Origin: Vicinamibacteria bacterium
GTDB lineage: Bacteria > Acidobacteriota > Vicinamibacteria > Marinacidobacterales > Marinacidobacteraceae
Assembly (NCBI GenBank): GCA_963422395.1
Contig: OY729431.1
Coordinates: 1,344,001-1,408,000, forward strand
DNA length: 64,000 nucleotides
Direction: 5' to 3'
Part shown: piece by piece, positions 47,257 to 56,967 of the stretch
Numbering within the stretch: the first letter of the stretch is position 1
Layout of the letters: each line of letters opens with the position of its first letter
The notes under the pieces: generated by a model
Databases searched by the model: none
What the model saw: the letters and a program-made list of their open reading frames with translations, nothing else
What the model was told of the DNA's origin: nothing
Made by a program: the position numbers and the translations under genes

Positions 47257-48521
47257 CGACGAGGATCATGCCACCCGGTTACCGGGTCCGGGCAGCCGGC
47301 GAGCGGCTGCGCCAGCACGGTTTTCCCAGCGGCGACAGCGCCGATGTCCTCGGGAATCACGATCAGCCCGTTCGCGAGGGCGAGCGCAGCGATGTCTCCC
47401 GAGCCCTGCGAGCGTACGGGATGGGCGAGGAGCTCTCCGGCTGCCGAGGTGGTGATCCGGGCGGGAAGGAAACCGCGGCGGGGTCCGCGCTTCGACACCG
47501 GAGCGAGCAGCCGCACCCGCAAGTGGGGGCGCGACGGATCGGCCAGTCCTTCGAGCCGTTCGAGGGCCGGGCGAGCGAAGACCTCGAAGGTCGTGAGCGC
47601 CGAAACCGGATTTCCGGGCAGTCCGAACACGAGGGTCCCCCCCGTTTCTCCGGCGACTCCGAAAACGAGGGGTTTCCCCGGCCGGATGGCGACCGAGGTC
47701 ACCAGCAGGCGGATTCCGCTAGTCTCGAGAACCTGCTCAACGAAGTCGAAGCGGCCCATGGACACGCCGCCGGAGAGGAAGAGCGCGTCGCCGGCAAGCC
47801 CGCGCGCCACCGCCTCGGCGAGCTGCGGCGGGTCGTCGGGAACGAACCCGAGGCGGCGAACCGGCAGCCCCATGGCGCGGCAGCGTGACGCGATCATATG
47901 GCTGTTCGCGTCCCGGATGCGGGCGGGACCGGGACGGCGAGTTCGGGGATGGATGAGTTCGTCGCCAGTAGAAAGCACGGTCACTCGCGGGCGGCGGCCG
48001 ACCCGGACCCGCACCTTTCCCACGGTAGCGAGCAGGCCGATGGCTGCGGCGGAGATCCGCTCCCCCGCCTCGAGCAGGACGGCGCCGGAGCGGACCTCGG
48101 CGCCTCGGCGGGTGACCCGCTGTCCCGGGGTGACCGGTGCGGGTGTGCTTCCGGGCGCCGGCCACTCCACGAAACCGTCGCTCTCGACGGTTTCCTCCAC
48201 CATGAGGGCTGCGTCAGCGCCATCCGGCATCGGAGCCCCGGTCATGATGCCCGCGGCCTCGCCGGCCCCTATCGCGGCCCGCGGGGTTTGACCGGCGGCG
48301 ATCCGGTCCACGATCCGGAGTCGGCCCCGGCCTCCAGCCAGCGAAGCGGCCGATACTGCGTAGCCGTCCACCTGGGCACGATCGAAGGGAGGCAGGTCGC
48401 GGTCCGCCGTGATCGGTTCCCGGAGCACCCGCTCCGAGGCAGCGGCGAATCCGACCGACTCGGCCCCGAGCGGCCGGGCGTGGGCCAGCACGGTGCGGAG
48501 AGCGTCTTCGACCGGGATCAC
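47253..48521 (-). CDS. moeA: Molybdopterin molybdotransferase MoeA
   Basis: PPFDRAQVDGYA, IMTGAPMP, STGDEL, SGGVSMGRFD, RPGKP, GLPGNPVS. Confidence 0.95.
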   Translation of the reverse strand: MIPVEDALRTVLAHARPLGAESVGFAAASERVLREPITADRDLPPFDRAQVDGYAVSAASLAGGRGRLRIVDRIAAGQTPRAAIGAGEAAGIMTGAPMPDGADAALMVEETVESDGFVEWPAPGSTPAPVTPGQRVTRRGAEVRSGAVLLEAGERISAAAIGLLATVGKVRVRVGRRPRVTVLSTGDELIHPRTRRPGPARIRDANSHMIASRCRAMGLPVRRLGFVPDDPPQLAEAVARGLAGDALFLSGGVSMGRFDFVEQVLETSGIRLLVTSVAIRPGKPLVFGVAGETGGTLVFGLPGNPVSALTTFEVFARPALERLEGLADPSRPHLRVRLLAPVSKRGPRRGFLPARITTSAAGELLAHPVRSQGSGDIAALALANGLIVIPEDIGAVAAGKTVLAQPLAGCPDPVTGWHDPRR

Positions 48522-48684
48522 CGAATCCCTCGCATCCTGCGTCCGCCGAGCCGGCGCTGCGGGAAACGACGCCTCAGCTTCTATTCGATCCGCAGCAAGT
48601 CTGCATCTGCGGGCTTTGGGTACGTGCTGGTTTCAGACTTCGGCAAGCCGATGCGTCCGACATCGAGGATCTGTCCACAAGCTG

Positions 48685-49077
48685 TTATCCCCGGCCGTTG
48701 GGACCTCTCGCCTCGGAAACCGGCCGTGCCCGCTCGTCGAGACCGAAACTGGACACTGCCTGCGCCTCGGTCTCGAACACTTCGAAAAGCGGCAGCACCT
48801 TGGTGATGTCGAGGACCCGCGCCACGCGTTCTCTCGGGTGCAGTGCCTTGAGCGCGCCGCCCGCTTCGGCCACCCGCCGGGAGCAAGCGACCAGTTCTCC
48901 CAGGCCGCCGCTATCGATCGCGTTCACTTCGGTGAGATCCAGAACGATCCGGACTCGGCCAGACTGGACGAGCAGATCCACTGCATCCCGCAGTTCCCGG
49001 TCGCCGTGCCCGTCCACGAGCCGACCGCTGAGCACGAGGACACAAACTCCGTCGCGCTCCCGGAGATCGAGATGCAC
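48685..49077 (-). CDS. STAS domain anti-sigma factor antagonist
   Basis: IVLDLTEVNAIDSGGLGELV with conserved phospho-Ser; GTG start. Confidence 0.88.
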   Translation of the reverse strand: MHLDLRERDGVCVLVLSGRLVDGHGDRELRDAVDLLVQSGRVRIVLDLTEVNAIDSGGLGELVACSRRVAEAGGALKALHPRERVARVLDITKVLPLFEVFETEAQAVSSFGLDERARPVSEARGPNGRG

Positions 49078-49254
49078 GGGGAACTATCTTCGCAGAGTTG
49101 GCGAAGGCGGCAAGAGCGAGGGGCTGTCCAGTGGAGAGCGGACGGGGCAGAGCGCCCGGAGAGTGGGCGTCCTTTCGGCAGTTCCCGGTCGGGAGTCCTC
49201 GACGGAGAGCCCCTCGCTACTCGGCACTTCGACCACGGACTGCTATGAATCGGG

Positions 49255-51174
49255 TCAGCCGATGAGGGCGCCGATCGCCTCCCGGTCGATGCGAATACGG
49301 TAGCGCTCCACGGCGGCGCCGACGAAGGCCGCCCAGATGCGCTGTTTCTTCTCTTCGGCCAGCTGCGCCCGAAACGACTCTTGCTGATCGGCGAACGCAT
49401 CGGGGTCGTAACCGTCTCGTCCGTTCACCCGCAAGACCGCGAACCCGCGGTCCGATTCGAGGGGGCCGACGACCGCGCCGACCTCGGCTTCGAAGATCGC
49501 CTCCTCCTCTGCCGCGAGGACTCCGGCGGCTCCCAGCGCGCTGCCGCGGAACCAGTTCTCCAGTGGAATCGGGTCCGTATCCGAAGATTCTTCTGCTGCG
49601 ATCCGTTCTGCGAGGGATAGCGCCGCCTCGTTCGCCAAAGCCCGCGCCCGCTCGCTCCGGAGCTCGGCGAGCACATCTTCCCGAATCTCTTCGAAATCCG
49701 GGATGTGCGGCGGCCGCTCCTCGATGACTTCGATGAAGGCGAACCCCGTCGAGAGGCGTACCGGTCCCCCTACGGCCCCGATCTCGAGTTCGAAGGCGAG
49801 GCGCGCCGCTTCCGCCGAACCGATTTCGGCGATTTCTTCCCCTTCGCCGAAAAAACCGGACTCCTGCGGGATCAGAAGCGGATAGCCGTCGGTGATCTCG
49901 ATGGTCTCGGTGATTTCCTCGAGGGCATCTGCGCTCTCCACTCGGGAGCCCAGCGCGAGCACCCGTTCGTCGAGCAGCTCGGCCGCTTTCTCCCGCCGCA
50001 GCCGGGTCTCGATTTCGCCTTCCACCTCGGAGATCTCCCGGGTTTCGGCCGGCCGGCGGCTTTCGAGACGCACCACATGGAAGCCGTAGTCGGTGCGAAT
50101 CGGGTCGCTCGTCTCCCCGGGCATCATGGAGAAGACGACTTCGGAGAACTCCGGAAGCATCTCTTCCGGTCCGAAGACTCCCAGGCTGCCGCCCGCCTCG
50201 GCGGTCGCCTCGTCCACCGAATAGGTCCGCGCGAGCTCGGCGAAGTCCTCCCCGGCCCGAGCGCGGTCGGCGAGCCGGGACGCGAGGGTGCGCGTCGCCG
50301 CTTCTTCGGCGTCCGATTCCGGCTGGAGCAGGATGTGGCTGGCCGCTGCCTGCTCCCCGAGCTGGTACTGGAACAGGTTGCGGTCGTAGTAACGCTGGAT
50401 CTCGCGCTGCCGCACCGAGATCTCTTCGGCGATGGTCTGCTCGGACAGGGTGAGATACCGGACGCGGCGCGCAGTAGGCGTTTCGAAGGCCCGAGCATCC
50501 TCGAGATAGCGCTCCCGCGCCTCCGCCTCGCTCACTTCGACATCGCCGCGCCAGCTGTCTTCGCTGAGGAACCAGAGATCGAGGGAAGCCCGTTCGTTGC
50601 GCCTGCGGTACTCCTCCAGCAGCTCGAGATCGGAGATGTGCGGCGACTGGGTGATCAGCAGCTGCAGCTTCTCGGCGAGCAGGTCGGAGCGCAGCGAAGC
50701 CTCGAAGTCGCGGGGATTCAGGCGCGCTGCCCGCAGCATGTCGAGGTAGGCATCCCGGCCCACGAAAACGCCGTTCTGCTGGAAGGCCGGAGCGTTCGTG
50801 ATGCTGTTCCCGATTTCGGCGTCAGTGACCAGGATGCCGTGCTTTTGCGCCTCGAGAACGAGGATTCGATGGCGTACGAGTTCCCCAACCACCTGGTCGG
50901 GGATGCCGAGCTGGCGGGCGAGGGCGGTGCTGAATTCCCCCCCGCTCTGCACCTGGTAACGCCGCACCGCTTCACGGTAATCCTCGAGGAAGGCAGAGGC
51001 CGAGATCGGCTCGCCGTCCACCCAAGCAACCCCGCGGCGCATGGCTGCGGTCGCGGGGTCTCCCATGAAATCCGGGAAATAGAGGGCGACGAACGCCACG
51101 ATCACGAGTGCGAGCAGAACGGCGCCCACGAACCACCCGACGGACTTGCGGTTGCGGAAATATTCGAAGATCAC
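49255..51174 (-). CDS. ppiD: PpiD/SurA-type peptidyl-prolyl isomerase chaperone
   Basis: N-terminal TM, SurA_N region, parvulin motifs ASHILL, FAELARTYS, GGSLG, TDYGFHVV. Confidence 0.88.
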   Translation of the reverse strand: MIFEYFRNRKSVGWFVGAVLLALVIVAFVALYFPDFMGDPATAAMRRGVAWVDGEPISASAFLEDYREAVRRYQVQSGGEFSTALARQLGIPDQVVGELVRHRILVLEAQKHGILVTDAEIGNSITNAPAFQQNGVFVGRDAYLDMLRAARLNPRDFEASLRSDLLAEKLQLLITQSPHISDLELLEEYRRRNERASLDLWFLSEDSWRGDVEVSEAEARERYLEDARAFETPTARRVRYLTLSEQTIAEEISVRQREIQRYYDRNLFQYQLGEQAAASHILLQPESDAEEAATRTLASRLADRARAGEDFAELARTYSVDEATAEAGGSLGVFGPEEMLPEFSEVVFSMMPGETSDPIRTDYGFHVVRLESRRPAETREISEVEGEIETRLRREKAAELLDERVLALGSRVESADALEEITETIEITDGYPLLIPQESGFFGEGEEIAEIGSAEAARLAFELEIGAVGGPVRLSTGFAFIEVIEERPPHIPDFEEIREDVLAELRSERARALANEAALSLAERIAAEESSDTDPIPLENWFRGSALGAAGVLAAEEEAIFEAEVGAVVGPLESDRGFAVLRVNGRDGYDPDAFADQQESFRAQLAEEKKQRIWAAFVGAAVERYRIRIDREAIGALIG

Positions 51175-51340
51175 GACAACCCATCATGGTACCGCCAGAG
51201 TTCCGCGACAGGCAACCGCCAGCGATCGGAAAAGCCGATTTGCGGGAGATTTCCCGGCAGCGTGGCTGCTACGCTTCCGCTCCGCCCGCTCGCGCTCGCC
51301 GGTCCGTTTTCTGAGCGCTGCGCGCCCCGGCTTCTGGTAG

Positions 51341-52366
51341 ATGCTTCGATACCTCTTCAGCCTGTTCTCTCTGGACCTCGCGGTGGACCTCGGGACCGCG
51401 AACACCCTGATCTATACCCAGGATCGGGGAATCATCCTCCGCGAGCCGTCGGTCGTCGCTCTCAGCAGCTCATCGAAGAGCGTGGTGGCGGTCGGCGCCG
51501 AGGCGAACGAGATGGTCGGCAAGGCGCCGGGGCACCTCGAAGTCATCCGGCCGCTGCGGGACGGCGTGATCGCCGACTTCGAAGCGGCCGAGCGGATGAT
51601 CAGCTACTTCGTCCTCAAGGCGCTCGGCCGCCAGCGCTGGGCGGCTCCCCGTATGGTCGTGGGGGTACCGCTCGGAATCACCCCGGTGGAGCGGCGGGCG
51701 GTGCGCGACAGCATCCTGCGAGCCCGCGCGAGCGAGGTGTATCTCGTGAGCCAGCCCATCGCCGCGGCGATCGGCGCCGGCCTCGAGGTGACGAGTCCGG
51801 TCGGGTGCTGCGTCGTGGACATCGGCGGAGGGACGACCGATATCGCGGTGATCTCCCTGTCGGGCATCGCTGCCGGGATCTCGGTCCGCGCTGCCGGCGA
51901 CAGCTTCACTCGCGGGATCATGAGCGAGCTGCGCCGCAGCCGCGGCCTGTTGGTCGGCGAACGAACGGCGGAATGGATCAAGATGAAGATCGGCTGCGCG
52001 AAACCGATGGACGAGCCCCGGGATCTGGCCATTCGAGGGCGCGACCTCTCGCGGATGGTGCCGGCGACGATCACCGTGACCGACGAGGAAGTGCGCGCCG
52101 GCATGAATGTGCCCCTCCAGCAGCTGCTGCGTGCGGTGCGGGAAGTGCTGGAACAGACAGAGCCGGAGCTATCCGCCGACCTCATGGAGCACGGTATCAA
52201 ATTGACCGGAGGCGGCGCTCTCCTGCGCGGGCTTCCTGATCTGTTGGCGGAGGAGACCGGCCTGTCCATCGAGGTCGCCGAAGATCCACTGGACTGCGTG
52301 GTGAACGGGGCAGGGGTGATGCTCGAAGAAGTGGACCTGCTGCAGCAGGTCACGAAGACGACCTGA
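51341..52366 (+). CDS. mreB: Rod shape-determining protein MreB
   Basis: VDLGTANT, RPLRDGVIADF, VDIGGGTT, LTGGGALL. Confidence 0.96.
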   Translation: MLRYLFSLFSLDLAVDLGTANTLIYTQDRGIILREPSVVALSSSSKSVVAVGAEANEMVGKAPGHLEVIRPLRDGVIADFEAAERMISYFVLKALGRQRWAAPRMVVGVPLGITPVERRAVRDSILRARASEVYLVSQPIAAAIGAGLEVTSPVGCCVVDIGGGTTDIAVISLSGIAAGISVRAAGDSFTRGIMSELRRSRGLLVGERTAEWIKMKIGCAKPMDEPRDLAIRGRDLSRMVPATITVTDEEVRAGMNVPLQQLLRAVREVLEQTEPELSADLMEHGIKLTGGGALLRGLPDLLAEETGLSIEVAEDPLDCVVNGAGVMLEEVDLLQQVTKTT

Positions 52367-52431
52367 CAAGAGGCCCCGGACAGGCGGCAAGGGGCCGAGC
52401 ACCCCCCCAGCAAGATATCTGAGCAAGACAG

Positions 52432-53412
52432 TTGACCCGGCGCAGGATCGAAAACGCATTGCTGGCGGCGCTGCTCACCGCGAACTTCCTCGGGCTGACT
52501 TTCCAGGTCCGCACCGGAATCGACCTGCCGGTGCGAGACGCACTCCTCACTGCGTTCTCCAGAGTCCAGAGTCTGAAGAACCGAACGACCCGTAGCGCTC
52601 GCACCTGGGCGGGAGTCGTCTGGGACGGGTGGCGGATGCGCGCGGAACGCGAGGCGCTAGCCGCGCGGGTGGCCCGGCTCGAATGGGAGCTCACGGTGCA
52701 GCGGGGCTTGCTGGTGCGGGCTCGCGGCTTCGGCGTGCTCGACGAGGCAGCATTCACCATCGGTGAACCGGTCCCGGCCGAGGTCGTCGGTGTCAGTGCG
52801 TCGCCTTTCGACAGTACTGTCACCGTGAACCGCGGCTCGTTTCACGGTATCCGCCGTGATTCTCCGGTCATGTCGCCAGCAGGGCTCGTCGGCCGGGTGG
52901 TCGCGGCAGGCGCTGCGGCCAGCCAGGTGCAACTGATCACCGGGCCTGCCGCCGCAGTGGCCTCGCTCACCGCAGAGGGGCGGGTGCGCGGCATCGTTCG
53001 CGGCGGGTCGATGGGGCTGCGTCTCGACTTCGTTTCCGCCGGCCAGCGGGTCGCGGTGGGCGAGTCGGTGATTTCGAGTGGCCTCGACGGCATATATCCG
53101 AAGGGCCTCGTCGTGGGCAAGGTGGTTCGGGTGCAGCGAGGAACAGGGATGCTGCTCGACATCGGAGTGGAATCGATGGTGGATTTCGGCTCCCTCGAGC
53201 GGGTGTTCCTCCTCCCTCCCTTCTCCGGGGTCGAGGTCCCCGAAGAATCCGAACTCGACCCGAGGCGTGAGCCGTCCGTGACCGAAACATCGAGCTGGCC
53301 CGGAGCAGCGGGGGAGCCGCTGGACTGCGGTGTCTTGCGCCCACCCCCACCCCACTCCGAAGGCCGAGCCGCACCGGCCTCGCGCCGCTCTCTCTACCGG
53401 TTGTCATGTTGA
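52432..53412 (+). CDS. mreC: Rod shape-determining protein MreC
   Basis: TM + coiled coil, NRGS..GI, GLVGRV, SSGLDGIYPKGLVVG. Confidence 0.9.
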   Translation: MTRRRIENALLAALLTANFLGLTFQVRTGIDLPVRDALLTAFSRVQSLKNRTTRSARTWAGVVWDGWRMRAEREALAARVARLEWELTVQRGLLVRARGFGVLDEAAFTIGEPVPAEVVGVSASPFDSTVTVNRGSFHGIRRDSPVMSPAGLVGRVVAAGAAASQVQLITGPAAAVASLTAEGRVRGIVRGGSMGLRLDFVSAGQRVAVGESVISSGLDGIYPKGLVVGKVVRVQRGTGMLLDIGVESMVDFGSLERVFLLPPFSGVEVPEESELDPRREPSVTETSSWPGAAGEPLDCGVLRPPPPHSEGRAAPASRRSLYRLSC

Positions 53413-54020
53413 GCTCCGGACTGCGCCGGGACCACGCGCAGGTCCGGGCGAGACGGTACTCATCACTCCCGCGCCGGAGGACCTCCGGATGGCGTGCCGC
53501 CGGCACCGTCTTCATCCTCGTCGCCGCTTTCTTCGTCCAGACGATCCTGTTTCCGATGCTCGGAATCGAGGCGGTCGCCCCGGATTTCGTGATGGCGGCG
53601 GTGGCCGCTATCGCGCTCGTCCGCGGAATCGTTCCTGCGACCCTCCATGGCGCTGCCGGGGGCATCCTCCAGGATTCGTTTTCGGGTGGTTTGCTGGGGT
53701 TGAACGGTTTTTCCAAAACGCTCGTGGCCTTCGGCATCAGCCGGATTCGAGAAGATCCGCTGGTGGGGCCTTCCCTCGGAGTGACTGCCTCGTCCCTGCT
53801 CATCCTGGCCGGTGCGTTGGCCGACGCCGTGTTCCTGTGGGGGCTCCGCCTGCTCACCGGATCGCCGCCGGTCCCTGCCGGCCGTTGGGTCGCCTTCGGG
53901 CTCGGTTTGCCGTTCACCGTAGCTGCGGGGGTCGTGATTTTCCGGGCATCGACTCGCACCGAACGCTCCGGCCGGGGGAGTCCCGGAAGCGGCGCGCGGA
54001 ACACCCATGAGCAGCGCTGA
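53406..54020 (+). CDS. mreD: Rod shape-determining protein MreD
   Basis: Hydrophobic; APDF, GILQDSFSGGLLGLNG; position in the operon. Confidence 0.85.
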   Translation: MLSSGLRRDHAQVRARRYSSLPRRRTSGWRAAGTVFILVAAFFVQTILFPMLGIEAVAPDFVMAAVAAIALVRGIVPATLHGAAGGILQDSFSGGLLGLNGFSKTLVAFGISRIREDPLVGPSLGVTASSLLILAGALADAVFLWGLRLLTGSPPVPAGRWVAFGLGLPFTVAAGVVIFRASTRTERSGRGSPGSGARNTHEQR

Positions 54021-55767
54021 TCAACGCTCTCGGATCCGCAGGCGGCTCCTGCTGTTCCGGTACCCCCTCGGAGCGGTGATTCTGCTGTTGGCGTTTCGTT
54101 TCTGGCACTTGCAGATCGTGCGCGGGGCGGAGTTCTCCGAGATCGCCCAGGATAACTATCTGCAGACCGAGCGCCGGCGGGCGCCCCGCGGCCTCGTGCT
54201 CGACCGGCAGGGGCGAATTCTCGCGGAGAGCGAGCCCTCCTTCGCCCTCCTCGCTGACAGCGACGGTCTCCGGCAACTGGAAGCGATCGGCCAACTGTCC
54301 GCCGACCCGGAGGAAATGTCCGAGCTCCGCACCCGTGCCGCCCGGGGACCGACCGTGGTTCGATCGAGGATCGGTTTCGCGGACGCCGCCTTCTTCGAAG
54401 CACGAGCACGAGAACTCTCCGGAGTGCAGGTGGATTTCGTTCCGATGCGGCGCTACCCGCTCGGGAAGGCCGCGGCCCACCTCGTCGGCTACACCGGGGA
54501 AGTCACCGGCGCCCAACTGCTGCTCGAGGAGTTCGCTGCCTACGCGCCCCGCGACATCGTCGGCCAGAGCGGCATCGAGCGCGCCTACAACGCGCAGCTC
54601 GTCGGTTCCGACGGTTACTTCGACCGCGTCGTGGACAGCCGACAGCGGATGCTGGAGGCGAGCGGGTGGCGCATCGAACCGATGCGAGGGCAGACGCTGC
54701 GGCTCGGGGTCAGCGCGGCGATCCAGGAGGCGGCGCTCGCTGCCTTCGGAGATCGGGCCGGCGCTTTCGTGGCGATCGAGGTCGGGACCGGAGAAATCGT
54801 GGGCCTCGCCAGTTACCCGGCCCATGCTCCCCGCGAGTTCCAGACCGACGAGAATGCCTTCCGCGCGCTGCGCCGCGACCCGCGAAGCCCGCTGCTCAAC
54901 CGGGCCGTCGGAGGGCGCTATCCGCCCGGTTCTGCTTTCAAACTGGTGACTGCCGCGGCAGCGCTCGCCGAGGGGGTCGCGGGCCCGGACACCCGATTTC
55001 TCTGCCGGGGGCAAGCCCGGGTGGCGGGGCGCACTTTCCGCTGTCATCGCGCATCGGGGCACGGGCTCTTGACGCTCCGGGAGGCGATCTCCGCATCTTG
55101 CAATGTGTTTTTCTACCGGCTGTCCGAGTTGCTCGATGTGGATGTGATCGCCGCCTACGCGCGGGAGTTCGGCTTGGGTGAACCGACCGGGGTCGACCTG
55201 CCGCACGAGACTGCCGGACTCGTCCCCACCCGCGAGTGGAAGCGCCGGGCTACCGGGGAACGCTGGTATGCCAGCGAAACGGCATCGGTAGCGGTGGGAC
55301 AGGGCGCGCTTCAGGTCACCCCGATCCAGATGGCGCGTCTGACCGCTGCGTTCGCTTCTTCGGGTGACCTTCCCGCGCCGCGGCTGGTGTCGCCGGCCCG
55401 ATCCGGACGGATCGAACGGGTGTCCGCCCAGCACTTCGAGATGATCCGCGCCGGAATGCGGGATGCCGTTCTGACCGGGACCGCCTGGCGGGCCCGGGTT
55501 CCCGGGCTCACGATCGCCGGGAAGACCGGGACGGCGCAGGTCGCGAGCTTGGATCGGGTCGCTGCCAGGGATGAGGACCGGGCCCCGATGTTCCGGAACC
55601 ACGCCTGGTTCGTGGGGTTCGCTCCGTTCGAAGCGCCGGAGGTCGTAGTCGCGGTCGTGGTCGAACACGGCGGCTCCGGCGGGGCGGCGGCCGCCCCAAT
55701 CGGGCGTGCGATCCTGGCCGCCTGGTCCACGGCCCTTCCGGTCGGGGACGGGGAGCTCACCCCGTGA
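54007..55767 (+). CDS. mrdA: Penicillin-binding protein 2
   Basis: APRGLVLDR, SxxK (GSAFK), SCN, KTGT, HAWF. Confidence 0.95.
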   Translation: MSSADQRSRIRRRLLLFRYPLGAVILLLAFRFWHLQIVRGAEFSEIAQDNYLQTERRRAPRGLVLDRQGRILAESEPSFALLADSDGLRQLEAIGQLSADPEEMSELRTRAARGPTVVRSRIGFADAAFFEARARELSGVQVDFVPMRRYPLGKAAAHLVGYTGEVTGAQLLLEEFAAYAPRDIVGQSGIERAYNAQLVGSDGYFDRVVDSRQRMLEASGWRIEPMRGQTLRLGVSAAIQEAALAAFGDRAGAFVAIEVGTGEIVGLASYPAHAPREFQTDENAFRALRRDPRSPLLNRAVGGRYPPGSAFKLVTAAAALAEGVAGPDTRFLCRGQARVAGRTFRCHRASGHGLLTLREAISASCNVFFYRLSELLDVDVIAAYAREFGLGEPTGVDLPHETAGLVPTREWKRRATGERWYASETASVAVGQGALQVTPIQMARLTAAFASSGDLPAPRLVSPARSGRIERVSAQHFEMIRAGMRDAVLTGTAWRARVPGLTIAGKTGTAQVASLDRVAARDEDRAPMFRNHAWFVGFAPFEAPEVVVAVVVEHGGSGGAAAAPIGRAILAAWSTALPVGDGELTP

Positions 55768-56882
55768 GGCGGTCCTCTCCGCCGACGCCGTGGCGTCTGG
55801 GCATCGATCGGCCGCTGCTGGTTTCGGCTGCGGCCCTGGTGCTGATCGCCGTTGCGGCACAGGTGAGTGCGCTTCGCGCGATCGAATCCTCGGTCGGCGT
55901 TTGGGATCACTTGGCGCGGTTGGGCACGGCGGTGGTGGTGGGCCTCGTCGCCTACCGCACCGACCACCGGCGGCTGGCCCGATTTTCACCGGTGTTCTTC
56001 CTCGCGGCGCTCGCCCTCAGTGTCTATGCGAACCTCGCTGCGGCCCTGCGCGCGGGAACGCGCCGCTGGCTCGACTTCGGGGTGGCGAGTCTCCAACCCG
56101 GTGAGATGGCCAAGATATGCCTCGTACTGCTGTTCGCCTACCTGATCGTCCGGATGAGCCGCGAATCGCTGAGCCGGCGTACGGCTGTCAGCTGGCTGGT
56201 CGCGGCGGCCGCACTGGTTCTGGCAGTGGCGGCTCAGCCGGATCTCGGAAGCGCGGCGATTCTCGTCGGCATCGGCGCCGGGATGGTCTTCCTCGCTGGC
56301 CTGCCGCTGTCCTGGAACCGGATCTGGCCTGCAGCCGTCGTCACCGTGACGGGGATGCCCCTCCTCTGGTTCTTCGGACTCCGCGACTACCAGCGGCTTC
56401 GCGTCCTCGCGTTCCTGAATCCCGAAAGCGACCCGCTCGGCTCCGGCTATCAGATGCTCCAGGCTTCCATCGCGGTGGGTTCGGGGGGATTTTGGGGCAC
56501 GGGATGGCTTCAGGGGTCGCAGACCGCGTATCGCTTCCTGCCCGCGCCGCATACCGACTTCGTGTTCGCGGTGATCGCGGAGGAGTTCGGCTTCGTCGGG
56601 GTCAGCGTGGTGCTGGCGCTGTTTTGGTTCTTCGGACTCCGGCTGCTACGGATCGCGGTGCAATCTGCCGACAACAAGGATCCGCTCGGCGCGCTGATCG
56701 TCGGCGGACTCTTCTGCATGCTCTTCCTGCAAGCGCTCTACAACATCGCCATGGTCGCAGGGCTCGTCCCGATCAAGGGATTCCCGCTCCCCTTCATGAG
56801 CTATGGAGGCAACTCGCTGCTCATCACCGCGGCCGCGGTCGGGCTTGCGGCCTCGGTGCGGCGGCGCGCCTTCCTGACCTGA
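55764..56882 (+). CDS. rodA: Rod shape-determining protein RodA (SEDS)
   Basis: RRWL, QPGEMAK, QPDLG, PAPHTDFVFAVIAEEFG, PFMSYGG. Confidence 0.95.
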   Translation: MRRSSPPTPWRLGIDRPLLVSAAALVLIAVAAQVSALRAIESSVGVWDHLARLGTAVVVGLVAYRTDHRRLARFSPVFFLAALALSVYANLAAALRAGTRRWLDFGVASLQPGEMAKICLVLLFAYLIVRMSRESLSRRTAVSWLVAAAALVLAVAAQPDLGSAAILVGIGAGMVFLAGLPLSWNRIWPAAVVTVTGMPLLWFFGLRDYQRLRVLAFLNPESDPLGSGYQMLQASIAVGSGGFWGTGWLQGSQTAYRFLPAPHTDFVFAVIAEEFGFVGVSVVLALFWFFGLRLLRIAVQSADNKDPLGALIVGGLFCMLFLQALYNIAMVAGLVPIKGFPLPFMSYGGNSLLITAAAVGLAASVRRRAFLT

Positions 56883-56967
56883 TCCTCTCCGGGCTCATGC
56901 CTCCGGCTGGCGTGTTACGGTTTCCGGGCAATCGCGGGCGTGGGTCCCCGCAAGGCTTGCGCGCTTC

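Noticed and set aside
48671-48693. DnaA-box-like words ctgtccaca and ttatccccg
   Set aside because: Each matches only 7/9 of the consensus; no AT-rich unwinding region and no dnaA nearby.
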